A stretch of DNA of 57,562 nt, the filler included, from Sphacelaria rigidula (lineage: Eukaryota): NCBI GenBank assembly GCA_964200075.2. It is 7 parts of 7 records of this genome, joined end to end, with 100 filler letters (N's around TTAATTAATTAA, not from the genome) between each part and the next. Parts side by side here need not be neighbours in the genome. Positions count along the whole stretch, not along the records: positions 8,239 to 16,376 come from CAXNAA020012157.1; positions 16,477 to 24,614 come from CAXNAA020012158.1; 5 more parts are not named here. One strand, given 5' to 3'. The notes below the pieces were generated by a model that saw only the letters and a program-made list of their open reading frames with translations, was not told the origin of the DNA and did not search any database. Made by a program: the position numbers and the translations under genes. Of the stretch, positions 11,701 through 23,354 are shown in pieces (position 1 is the first letter of the stretch; every line of letters starts with the position of its first letter).

Positions 11701-14305
11701 GTTTCGTGAGATTGAGAGTCTAGCGTTGATTGAGTGTGAGTTTTGTTATTCGCTCTGAATTGACCAATTTTTCATTTTGTGTATACTTGTCTTTGCCTGC
11801 AACAGTGTGCTTACAACTACACGTCAATATCCTACTCAGGGATATATATCAAAGGCTTCAGTGGCAAGCTACTACAGAAAGCGTATCGAGGCCCGGAGGG
11901 GCATCTCGGAACTGAAACTAATTATTTGAATTGACCGCTTCGCACCCTCAATCGTATCCTAGACATCTCAATCTCACGAAAACATTGCTTATAGCTAATC
12001 TTGAAAAAACTGCTGACAACTGGTGTCAATCTACGTCTACAAACGGACCATTGAAAAAAAAAATCGAGGGTTTGCCTGCAGACAAATACTCCAAACTCTC
12101 ACCATAAGAGCTCAAAGTATGAGTAAAACAAATGTACTGAGCAGCCGGAAAAACTGTGCATGCCCATCGTATTCAAGTTATGGGGACACACGCTACATTA
12201 ATATCACAAATATTCCGACCTTCCCAACAAAAGCGTGTAGAATAAATACTTTGCAGCAATACGATGGAAATGTGGTATCTGAAATGTTTACACGGTCTCC
12301 ACTCGAGGCGGGAGAAGAGAAGTCGACCGAAGACCCAAGGAGCGATTGTTACACTGGGTCTACCTCTGGTACGACCATAAGATTGAATTTGAGGGGTCTG
12401 TAGGATCGAAGGTCTTCGTTCGTGCCGGTGCAACACCGCCGTCATATTATCTTGTTGACGTTATAAGTGACCCCTTCGGGCGACTAGTTGAACGCCGAGT
12501 GTATGGGATTGCTTCGGGGACAATGTTTTGGTAGAGACAAGGCCTACACCCGAGAGGCGTGACGACGAATGGTGGTACCACCTGACAAACGATATCTTAT
12601 GTGTACGTGAGTCAAAGCAGAGCCTACACTCACGAAACATACACATAAGTATACCGTTTCCAAGTGACATCCTACGCGCCAGATTTTTCTTGCCCCGATG
12701 GGTAGACTTTTCGTCACACCGTCCGTTGAACCACCCACCGTTTGATGCTGATGTTCGCGATATTCTCGAGTTGTACACGGACTAGACGTCAAGTATTGGT
12801 TCAACTACTACTGTACGCACAATGCATGGAATCCCAGGAGAGGAGGGTGAGAAGAAAACGCGCCAAATAACGAGCATTCAAGCGTCATACTACAATAGGG
12901 GGGGGGGGTCTTTGATATCACGGGAAAAAAGGCTGATGAGTGCGTCAGATGACCTGCAACACTCGGGATGCGCTTGTATTTGGTTCAAAACGGTGCCAAT
13001 CGGTATGAATGAGCGTAATGTATCTATAACAAGCCCGTTCGAGCAACCGTTGCTGATTTCAGCGGCGATTTGCCTTGGAATTTCGTGCACGAAGTGGCCC
13101 AAAATCCCCCCCCCCCTATCGTAGGATGACTCTCAAAGGTTGTGTCCTGTAGGGTACAGTATACCGACTGAAATCTAGGAGTTAATAATTAAGTAACAGG
13201 CATTTCATCAGTACAATATACGAGTATACGCTTGCGGGTCATATCGATATCGGAGTGTTCGCAACAGGGCTCGATATTCTACAGAGCACAACGTTCGAAC
13301 ATTCGGTCATCTAGAGGTCTCGTGATTGGTAGAGCTCTGCAGGTTCGGAGTGGACTCTAGGAACTTGGTGCCTGTGTGTGTGTTGGCGGATGATCTCGTT
13401 TGGTGGCAGCGGAACAATGAAAACCCCGCCTGCTACTTTCGTAGCCAGTCTACGCGTATTTAGCCGCTGGTCGCAACAAGGCGGGTGATGGGTAATAGAA
13501 AACCCGACTTAGTGAGGGAGCAGTTGAAAAGGTGATAGGGATGTGAAGTGTGAAGGGTATGAAATAGGGCACTTTGGGGTGTCGAAACGCTGGGGACTCC
13601 AGGATACGATGGCAACGAAATACGACCCCCAAGGCGGCGCTGCAACGGCGGTGGTGCTTGGTCTCGTTTCGTGTGCCAGGTACCTATTTTGCTGTGGATG
13701 GATTTTCAAACCTGAAAGTCTGAGTATTCTCGTGCGAGCCTGAAGACAAAGAATTTCTCCGAAAACGCCATCCATGGCCTCCCGGTCTTGCGCTCTGACC
13801 CATCGCAGCTGAAAAAAATGATGTCATCATTTGAAGATGGCATTCGACGACGTCCATCGAATCAACGGGGGACGCACAACAGTCAAGAGTTCAGTTCTCA
13901 GTTACAGGTTAGTCCGCACACGAGTATCAGAGGCCTGGGCAGTTGAACACACCAACATGAGCTGCCTAATTATGCCATAGAAAGACGATATAGCAGCCTA
14001 TCCGAGAGTAGTATGCATTCTGTTCGCAATACATAGTAGACGCCCACTTTACCAACTCGCCTCAGAAAGTAGTACGCGACGGCAGCTGGCAGTACAAGAT
14101 AGGGCTGCTTCCACGCAAGCCACGCAGCTGCGAAGGGCATGATGAAAGCAACGAACAGCATACCGTTTACAAGTCCTATCGCTACTGCTACGAAAAATTG
14201 AGACACGGAACATATCGAAGGATTTTTTTCGACATTGCTGAAGCTTGTCGATGGCTGTGGTCGATTGTCGACACCCTTGCTTGACGGCACAGACATCGTG
14301 CCCAT
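8785..14305 (-). CDS. DGAT2: Diacylglycerol/monoacylglycerol acyltransferase, DGAT2/MOGAT family; first 4 exons, 3'-partial
   Basis: Exons: 14305-14061 (MGTMSV..., long hydrophobic stretch, GC donor AG|GCGAGT), 13808-13712 (CDGSERKTGRPWMAFSEKFFVFRLAREYSDFQ), 11153-11019 (VHLD...KFIFALHPHGVM...TFPK) and 8949-8785 (LRSWRALGASVLFYAPIMRE...SLFIVPGGEHEQ|GTGCGA). The HPHG, P-x-x-R and PGGxxE blocks are diagnostic. C-terminal blocks fall off the contig. Confidence 0.92.
9178..9467. mobile_element. MITE in DGAT2 intron 3
   Basis: Inverted termini ctcatccgcaaaacctcacgccg / cggcgttaggttttgcggatgag. Confidence 0.6.
9505..10048. mobile_element. Tc1/mariner-type MITE in DGAT2 intron 3
   Basis: TIRs tagtagtgggcggtctaactattca / tgaataattagaccgcccactactg, flanked by TA on both sides. 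Confidence 0.8.
12882..13132. mobile_element. MITE with G-run TIRs and 4-bp TSD (Sola-like, tentative)
   Basis: TCAA|gcgtcatactacaatagggggg...ccccccctatcgtaggatgactc|TCAA. The same right end is present at positions 1-24. Confidence 0.7.
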
Positions 14306-14689
14306 CGTTTGACGGGTGAGGTAGAGATGCGGAGCAAAATAAATATTTTTGTTTTTCAAGCAGTGGTCATGTTCACTCAGACCCGTAATCATTTATTATG
14401 CCGGTAGATTTTTGTCATACTCGTACTCGTGGTGAAAATGGAAATTGACCGCCTTTAAGCGTGAGTGAGCCTCGGAGTTGATTGAGCCCCACTTCCCCGA
14501 GGATGGTGCAATTCGATTTCACTGCCCTAAAATAGGGCTTCGCCTGAAAAAACTCTACCGGGGACAGCGGTAGATGCACTGCCAGTTGAATAGAAATAAA
14601 TACTGTTGTACTGTAGATAAAGTCCCGCTGGCAAAAAGTACAGCGCGTCGAGTTGGAAAGTCGGGCGCCGCCCCCTGAAGTCCGAGTGG

Positions 14690-15650
14690 TAGAGTTGTGA
14701 ACAGGATTAACTAACCAGTTAACTGGTTGCAAAAATTACAAGCAGGTACAGTTGTCAGTCAAAACTGGATGACTGGCGGCGAAGCCGCCCCGCGACTCCG
14801 CCAGCGTTATGCCTGGCAAGGTAACGCGGCGGAGTCACGTGAACGCCCCCCCCCCCCGGGTAGTGAGGGGGGTCCGCCGGAGGCAAGGGAATCACGAGTT
14901 CGCCATTTGGGTTTACATCTCTTCAAATTCGCGGTACATTCTAGTCGCCTAGTGCCAGCAATTTGAGCACGTGATCGTGCACAAAAATATATGTGTATGA
15001 GGAAAAAATAAATGAAATCGAACTTTGCGACGTGAATTCCCAAACGAAGCGGTGCTACTGTAGTGCGGCATACACAGCGTTCTCCGTGTGCCACCCACGC
15101 GCCAGGAACTACTAGTAGCACGACAATTTGGTGAGATTATTGGGCGTGGCTTCAACAGCCAGGAAAAATTAACAGGAATCTCGACTCTTCCCCATGCTTC
15201 GGTATCACGCTGACCAGCGACCACTGAACGCTTAAAACAACGATTGATGCCAAAATAGAATGAAGCAAAGTACATACAACAACTAACTCTACGAAACGCA
15301 GTTTGCTTCACATTTCAGATCCGCTCAATCAACAACTGTTCGTGCCCAATATCAATTGTTGTTCTATTAGAATATGTTGTCTGCGATATTCGTGTCTACG
15401 TCTAGGTGTGTGCGCTGTGCGGTCATGTACTCGCATCTGGAACAGTGTCTCCTTTGCCATTGTAGTATGTATGACACACTTCAGAAATATTGACTTGAGT
15501 GTATGACACATGTATACACAGAACATTTTGGAGTATGACAATAGGTCGGGTGAAATAACTGGTTCTACTGGTTACCGAACCGATCAGTTGACCAACTGCA
15601 CCAGTGCAGTGTAACTGGTCAGTTAAACTGGTAGCCACTTCACAACTCTA
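14690..15650. mobile_element. hAT-like non-autonomous DNA transposon
   Basis: TIR tagagttgtga / tcacaactcta. Degenerate 8-bp TSD ccgagtgg / ccgaacgg. Repeated subterminal AACTGG/CCAGTT motifs at both ends. Confidence 0.75.
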
Positions 15651-15737
15651 CCGAACGGCCACCTGCGGCACCGTATCTTTTGAGGTTAGCCGTATGTATC
15701 ATATTTCTCCTGCATTATTCTTTTATGCTTTGCTTGT

Positions 15738-16120
15738 ACGAGCTGGGCTAGCCTAGACACGGATTCAAGCTCTCAAAGCAATATCTCGTCGAGACGAACG
15801 AGTTGGGCCATGATCCGCATACTGTATTAATCTTCTAACCAAGGGCGAGGTGCCCATTTGCTCAAAATTTTGGGCCCGTGTTTTCTCGTTGATTAAACCC
15901 TATGTCTAAAGTAATTCCTTCACGTAAGGGAGATAGCGTCCATACTAAAATCTCTATGAAACCCCTGATCGATACATTCAGCTGATGACGACGAATTTTG
16001 GCGTGGACATTCCCTGGAGCACGGGGAGACGATAGATACTCTCACCTTCACCTAAGTCGTAATCAACCTCGAGATATGGCGCACATAAGTTTCCAAACTA
16101 AAATCAGTATGTTACGCGTA
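15738..16120 (+). mobile_element. Partial copy of the TIR element at 6757-7952
   Basis: Colinear similarity to 6757-7135 (acgagctgggc...ggagatagcgtcc...ttccctggagcacggggagac...gagatatggcgcacata). Confidence 0.75.
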
Positions 16121-16124
16121 GATA

Positions 16125-16376
16125 TTTAGTGGCAGAATGTGAAGTATACAAGGAGGAACGGGACGTGGTAGAGGGGGAAATGCGGGACGTGAACAAAGGC
16201 GGCATGGAATCGTTTGATGCATTAGACAGTAGGGAGAAACGATGGCTATACTAGGGGATAGATGGTGGCCAGAGACGGCGAAACAGGACGTGGATAAGAT
16301 ATGTAAGAGGTTCTTGTGCAATGTGTGGAAGAAACGTAATGAGCTACGAAAAGAAAGTAATGAGCGCCAGAATGTT
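16125..16376 (+). mobile_element. LINE 3' fragment
   Basis: GGMESFDALD...AILGDRWWPETAKQDVDKICKRFLCNVWKKRNE matches GGMESFGTLD...ILGDRWWP...CNVWKTRNE at ~22430-22600 (minus). Confidence 0.75.
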
Positions 16377-16544
16377 NNNNNNNNNNNNNNNNNNNNNNNN
16401 NNNNNNNNNNNNNNNNNNNNTTAATTAATTAANNNNNNNNNNNNNNNNNNNNNNNNNNNNNNNNNNNNNNNNNNNNGGTGGCTGGGGGGGGGGGGGGGGG
16501 GGGGGGGGGGGCGGTGCAGTATTTTTTTGGGGGGGGGGGGGGGG

Positions 16545-17280
16545 GAAGGTTCCATTTGTGACATGGGTAGTTGGTGTAGGCGCTTTTGTGATTCGTTGTT
16601 CGTCCAGCGGAGTGCCATAGACCGTTTTTGTTTGGTCGCTTTCTAGTTGTGGACTGGCGCGTGCTGGTATGCCCCCCTTGGCCATCATCTACCAGCTTTT
16701 TGACCATCGTTTCCTGTCGCCTTTTCTTCGGAAGAAAACAGGAAAGAGGAGCAGAAATGAGGTCGCCCTGGAGTGATCGTTTCGTCGATTGCATCGCCCC
16801 TTTCTCCTCCTGAATATTCGGCCTGTTGGGACACGCCCTGAATGTCATTCATGCCCTTTTGCCCTCTTGTATTCACTTCCTGTGCAAACTTAAGCAGGAT
16901 GTGCCAGCAGCATCGCCACCACCTGAACGTTTACCCCCATCATTCTCCTCGAATATGCTGTTTATACTCGAGCTGCACTCTTTATAGAAGCACATTTTGG
17001 ATTTTCTATTTGAGGTGATCAACGCTTGTTTGCCTGCTAGGAGAACGGGTACCAGTCTAGTTGCGTGCTGACCTCGCAAGGCGGGCGTGCGGTACTCGGC
17101 GTGGCGATTCCCTCCCATTCCTGCCACTGCAACGACGTATTACCCCCATCACACGTCAATTGAACATGACTCACACTCGTTTGGTCCTCCGCCAGGACTC
17201 TCATGTTCCCCGCTTGTGCTTCGTTTGCCTTCAGGTGCCCACCGATGTGCGCGAGACAAGGGGGGGAATATGACGTCATA
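16545..17280 (-). mobile_element. Degenerate LINE 3' fragment
   Basis: Frameshifted peptides include a GRWWP-like motif (gtagatgatggcca) as in the other LINE pieces. Confidence 0.45.
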
Positions 17281-17495
17281 TAAGGCCGGGGGTGACACAG
17301 TACTACGTAGATTCTTGTCATAGGCTGATAAACGTGTGGCTTGTACGTGACACTATGGTGTCAGTTCTGCGGGTAGACGTTCGCTGCTCTTGCGGCAGCG
17401 CCGCCGGTCGATACTGCCATAGGTGTGCTTTCCCCTCGGGTACTTCGATTTCAAGGTTGAAAATATCGACGGCTATTGAGCGACGCCGAAGCATT

Positions 17496-18117
17496 CAAGG
17501 GCAGGTCGAGTAGAGTGTACTCAATACTCGATATTTTTGAAAAGTCATATTTTTAGCACTCAAAATCCAAGTAGAGTATTTGAGGTCGTACACATCTACC
17601 CACTATTTGAGTAGAGTACTTGAGGTCATACTCAATCTACTCAAACTTTGAGCAGAGTATTGAGGCCATACCCAAGTGATACTCTATACTCAGGTATTAC
17701 TGAGAGTTCTGACCGAAAAATTGAGTAGAGTATTTGAGGTCCTACTCAATCTACCCCAAACTTGAGTACAATATTTGAGGTCATACTCAACCTACCCAAA
17801 AATTGCGCAGAGTATATGAGGTCGTACTCTACCCAATATTTGAGTATAGTGTTCGAGGCCATACTCTATTTACCCCAAATTTGAGTGAAGTACTTGAGGT
17901 CGGACTGAATCTACCCAGAATTTGAGTAGAATATTTGAGGCCTCACCCGATCGACCCAGAATTTGAGTAGATTTTTTGAGGTTGTACCCAATATTCCCTA
18001 AACTTTGAGCAGAGTATTTGAGGCCGTATCCAATCGACTCAAAAATTTGAGTAGGGTGCATACTCGGGTATTTTACCCGAGTATTCAAAAGTACATACTC
18101 TACTCGACCTGCTCTTG
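17496..18117. mobile_element. P-element-like MITE with an internal ~41-bp minisatellite
   Basis: Perfect 8-bp TSD GAAGCATT (17488-17495 / 18118-18125). TIR caagggcaggtcgagtagagt / actctactcgacctgctcttg. About 11-12 units of agtagagtatttgaggtcatactcaatctacccaaaatttg. Confidence 0.9.
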
Positions 18118-19453
18118 GAAGCATTGTCGGTCGTGCTGTCGGCGCTTGATCTGGTTTCGCTGTTCGATTGGAGCATGGGCACAACTGGAGAAAGCTTTGA
18201 CCGACAGTGTGGGGACGACTCCGGAGTTTCGACAGTGAAGGAACAAGTAACACTTTTGATTATCGGGCCATGGTCCTCCTCGCGGAAGTGGAGGAGAGAT
18301 GTTCGCAATGTGATAGATATTAGACGCAGGTCGTCCGTGATGCCATTCTAGCTGCGATCACAAAGGGGGATCCAATGCGATGATCCGAAACTGCGTGAAC
18401 TCCCCGGGTCAGGTATTGCAATAATCGAAAACCGCCGTTGAAGGAACTGAGCGTGAGCTTTAGGGTCGTTATCGCTTCGCCCCACGCTCGTGACCCGCCC
18501 GCAGGGAACGATGTATATCGCGCAAGAATTCGGCCACCGAATACATTCCCACGGCGACACGGCAGAGGGCAAAGGATTATCGGCATGCTACCGCTTGCAG
18601 GCACGACTCGCCATGAGATGCTTCTCCCGGCGGGGATACGTTACATCCAGCGCTCGGCTCTGCACATGCCTCCTGTTTGTAATATTTGGTCTGTAGCGCA
18701 CCTTCGCTGGCGCAGAGCACGAGTGAGTGTTAAAACTAAACCTTGGGCCTCTAAATACGAAGCCTTCGTTAGGGTAAGTCCTACTTTTTCGGAGATCTCC
18801 AACCGCTAGCGAACGCCTCGTGCTACACACGGGGCAGCCGCCGTGACGCTCTGGAGTTGTCTACACAACATGAGCTTCAGTGGACCTTCGAGGAGCCTCA
18901 TTTCGGGATAAGTGCCAGAGACGTCCGAGGGAAGAGCCTGAGTAAAGAGTCCCACACATCCGCCAACATGCGACGCGTAACGAGAAAAACTATCTTCTCT
19001 GACGCTTACATCCTCACAGCAAGGACGGCCTTATGATGTTCACGCACACTCGCACTTGCGCGTCATAGTGCATCTGCACGACACGCTCTGTACGCGTTGG
19101 ACGTTGCCGTCGACACCGTAAAAACGATGAGGCCTGGGGGGAGCCATGCACCGAACCCCAAACCGCAAATACGCTTCCGGGCCCTACCCCACTTCTCGTC
19201 TCGACCGATAACACGCTGCCTGGTCCGAGGCAAACCCGACGTGCTTCGTCCCAGCTGTGTAGGGATGCGAGGCCAATGCTCTTACAGCTACGGCGTGCAA
19301 GATCATGAGTACACCCATGCCGTCGAAGACGCGAGGATGTGACGCCACGATGCTCTCGTACGAGGGATTCACGACGTGACGGTTCCCACTGTACCTTTCG
19401 ATGGTTTACTACTGCTGTTCCCCACTTCCAGCAACTTTGCTCGTGGAATTCTC

Positions 19454-19677
19454 CAAGGTTGTGTTCTGTAGGGTATACCGGCTGGATTTCGGGTATTTGC
19501 CAAAGTACCGAAGAGGTATTTTACCTGCAAATAGCCTTCCAGACCGAAACGGAGAGTGAAAAAGAGGACTCGGGTACCCTGCTGAACCATACCGGAATGT
19601 TCGGTGAACGTTTCGGTATCCTTCATGCCGACCGAGAGTTCCTCGCTTCCGGGTATATCCTACACAACAGAACCTTG
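19454..19677. mobile_element. P-element-like MITE
   Basis: TIR caaggttgtgttctgtagggtatac / gtatatcctacacaacagaaccttg. GAATTCTC precedes it and recurs 6 nt after the right end. Confidence 0.8.
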
Positions 19678-20336
19678 GAATTTGAATTCTCCACCGTAGC
19701 TTAATCATCAGCCCAGCAACTTGGCGTACTAGCTGCACACTGTGCATAGACAGCACACGTACCAGTCGGCGGCACGTTTGGCCTATCCGACGAAACTGGC
19801 ACAGCGATCAGCGATTTTTGGTGATACCGTCGATACCTTTCCGAAAAAACGTCCCCGCGAACCAAACCTCGTGCACCTTGTGTGAATGCCTCGCTCGATG
19901 TGCTGCTGTACTAGCTTCCACACCGTGTACAGCCGCGCGGCTGATGCGTTGGCAAACAACATAGATCTGTGCTGAGATATCCCGTGGATACTGATCATCT
20001 GTACAAAGCTGTCACATATCGCCCGCGGAGGTGCTCAGTCCGGCACGGACGACCGTATGCGCGCTGTCGGAGCCGCAACGGGCTGAAACGTCCGTCAAAC
20101 GTCATCTGGAGCAGAGTCAGCAAGCCCATGTCACTGAGATAGGGGGTTGCGCGTTGCAGCAGTGCGCAACGGGGCGAAAAGAGGTCAGATTTCGTTCCCG
20201 AAAAAAAAACGCGTTCTGCGTTCTGGCGTAAGACTGCATGCAGTACATTATTTAGGTGTACTCCATGTAGGGTACACTACCCCCTTATGGATCTTGGGAT
20301 GTCCCTCCGCGTTTTGCCTGTGGTTTAGGGAGCGCG

Positions 20337-20456
20337 TTAATCCTTTGACCGCCGGAGGTGGTCTAATTGCGAAATCGGCAATATTTTCAGACACATTCCA
20401 ACTTTAGACGATGCCGAGCCCACATATGGACTACTTCCGGTGGTCGAAGTGTTAAC
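20337..20456. mobile_element. Short piggyBac-like MITE
   Basis: TTAA-tcctttgaccgccggaggtggtc ... gactacttccggtggtcgaagtg-TTAA, with imperfect inverted termini. Confidence 0.6.
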
Positions 20457-22279
20457 GGGCTCAAAGAACAGCGAAGAGCAAAGCAGGCGCCCAGAAGCAT
20501 GTTGATCGACCGCCGGGACGGAATGACCGAATCAACATGCTGCATTTGGACGCTTGCTTCGCTCTTCGCCGCAGCATGTTGAAGATAGGCTCCTAATTGC
20601 CGATGTTTAGTTGAGATTTCGACTGTTCGTTCGAAAATATGTGCGAGCCGGGCCGGCCGAGAACCCCTGTGCGGGGCTGACAGGTGATGCGCAGTTTATT
20701 TTGAGGAGTCAGGCGCTGATATGTGTACCCGAGTTCTTTTTTACCAACATGCCGAACACTTCTCGAGCAGTCAAGAAACAAAAAAAAGGGGGAGAGAAAG
20801 TAAGCGCGATTTGAAAAATCCAGCAAAAGCAAGATAATGCCATAACTCCACGATGAAAAACGAAAAACGGGGGTTGCTTCGCTCACGAACTCTGTCCTTC
20901 TGCGCAAAATATCCTCGTAAACTTTCAGCTCAGAACTCTTGAAAATTAGGCTGCGCATGCAACGTTTTGCACGACAGCGTTGCGCCCCGGTGGTCCAACT
21001 GATACAGGAGGCCCTGATTACGGAGGTCAAGGGTTGAAATGCCGACACAAGCCCCTTCTCTCGTCGAGTCTGGTTTCCGTCGTTGTGGTAATATTTATAC
21101 ATGCGGAGGTCGTCATCTTGTACGTGCGGAGAAATTTCTCCTGTGATGTGTTCAGCAGACGAAAGCCGTCACATATGCAGTACTAACTGTACACTCCCCG
21201 AGAGGCCCGAAACTCTCATATCTGTACAGCTGACTCTGGGACCCTAGGTAAGAGGACCTTGTCGGTAAACCACCGCCAAGCCCTTGGGAATCACTCGAAC
21301 TCTACACCTACCCTAACCGGTGCCCAGAGATTCAACCGCCTAAACATGCGACTGCGGTGAATCCTTGCCCACATAACACGAGGAAAACCACTAGCCACCC
21401 TCGATGGTTGCCAACGTCCACCGTAGGTGTCGCGACCTTCACATACACAACATCCTTACTTCAGTTGTAAAGGTGATTTTGGCACTCTTGCACAAGCGTA
21501 TGGCCCCAAATCGCGTGGAACTAGTCCTCCTCGCCCCAGAGGGGGGTTGGCTTTTCTCCAAGGCCTATCTAGAACATGTTTCCGCTCCGCTGGAGGGGAG
21601 GTCACACTACCATATGGCATAACGACTCTTGAAAGAACTTGCTCTCGAAAAACTCAGAATGCTGCGCGATTCGTTTCGGTGTCCCTCGTGACATTTCCGA
21701 ACGAAGTGCGTCGCTTCTGAGCACTAGCTAGCGCACAGAGCTACAAAAGCACACAACCATGCACTCACATGCACACTGAGTCACATATACAACACACAGG
21801 CAAACGTACACAAAGACGCTCACGCGGCATCCCTGCTGCTACTGGAATTGTTAAGTTGCTGTAGTCTCATCAACTTGGAGGACAAGACCTCAGCGGATAC
21901 CACAGTCGTCTATCTTTACGTACACGCTGTGGAGTACTCAAGTTGAGCACCGCACTTCGACCTGCTGCAATTGCTACGCTGATGATGCAGCGCCGAGGGC
22001 GGAGGGACACAGTCCGATGCAGGGTGACTGCCTCTGTCCAGACCACATCCTTATACCACAGTGAAATCTCGGGCCTGCACCCGAGACAAGCTGGTCACAA
22101 GTACGGGGGCTGGTGTGGCGTTACATACGGTAGGTACCACCCGTAACAGCAATTCCACGTCGTACTGACGACATAACAACGTGAGGAGATGGGTAATTCC
22201 GTTCTGTGCAGAGCGGGCGGACCTGTCGCCAAAGAACCCCGATAGCACGCTCCGCAAGGGACGACCCAGCGTGTCTTCC

Positions 22280-23280
22280 ATACTATACTACTCCTCTCCG
22301 ATGGAGTCGGTTGTTCTGAAGCGTCAACATCGGTCGTTCGGGGTACTCCACGCAGAACAATACTTGACCATTGACCACGCGCTCCTTTCGAGACGGAGCA
22401 CCATTCCTGCTCCTACTAGAGACACCTTCAACATTTGGGCGCTCATTACGTGTCTTCCATACATTACACAAACACTTTTTAACACATCCTATTCCGTTCT
22501 TCTTTCGCCCTATGTGGCCACCATCTATCTCCTAGTATAGTGATCGTTCTCTCGCTGGTGTCTAACGTACCGAACGATTCCATGCCACCCTCGTTCACGC
22601 TCCGCATTTCCCCCCTCTGACATGTCGCATTCCTCCTGGTATAGTTCACATTCTCCCACTCTATGGGCTCTACTCTCCACTTCTTTGCCGTCTTGTCGCT
22701 TCCTTTTCCCATATTACTATCATCATGTCTTCTACATTTTGTCTTGTACCCGCCACATTCATCTGTGGATAATACTTCGTCTTGGTTATCTCGCCTGCTC
22801 TTCAATACTTTCTCGACTATGCTATTCCACCTCATTCTAGCCTGCCCTTTCGTTACGTTCTTCCATACAGCCCGATGATATATGGCTGGAAATATCTTCC
22901 TTGGCATGTTCCTTACGTTATGTTTCCATTTCAAAGTTTTCATGTCTGTTTGAAGTGGATACATTCCCAATTCTGCTCTAAATCCTGTATTCCTTGTTTT
23001 TGAGTCTCCAAGTATTTTCTTAGCTGCTGTCATCTGTACTCTTTCCAGTTGCTTCACCGACTTCGCGTTCACCTCCAATACTTCTCCTGCACACTCCAGC
23101 TTCGGTACAATCACAGTCATCATCAGCATTGATCTCACAATCCTCGTACCGAGGTGCGAGTCTCTTACGATCTCGCCCATCTCGCCAGTCTGTGCCTTAC
23201 CCTTTCCTATTACTTGATCTCTACGCCACGCAATGTATCCTGGGCTACGATCGGCAGTTGCACTTCTACCCATTTCTATT
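22280..23280 (-). mobile_element. 5'-truncated LINE: region C-terminal to RT plus 3' end
   Basis: 264-aa ORF with PKLECAGEV..., KQLERVQMTAAKKILG...RAELGMYPL, typical of the non-LTR ORF2 region after the RT core. Several homologous fragments occur in the window. Confidence 0.8.
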
Positions 23281-23354
23281 GGAACTCTACTGGGTAATTC
23301 TTATCTTCGTTACATACAAGTACCGCGCATTTGTTTACGTTCGCTGTCACGCGT

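Larger units (their letters stand above)
17300..20170 (-). pseudogene. Decayed, apparently intronless gene for a Cys-rich membrane protein of unknown family (copy 1), interrupted by two P-like MITEs
   Basis: Frameshifted peptides are colinear with 28380-31900 (see findings). The reading continues across the MITE at 17496-18117 once it is excised. Confidence 0.5.

Noticed and set aside
17540..18060. CRISPR-like regularly spaced repeats (also 270-590)
   Set aside because: The apparent spacers are homologous to each other, the array lies within TIRs and a TSD, the context is eukaryotic and there are no cas genes. It is a minisatellite in a MITE.
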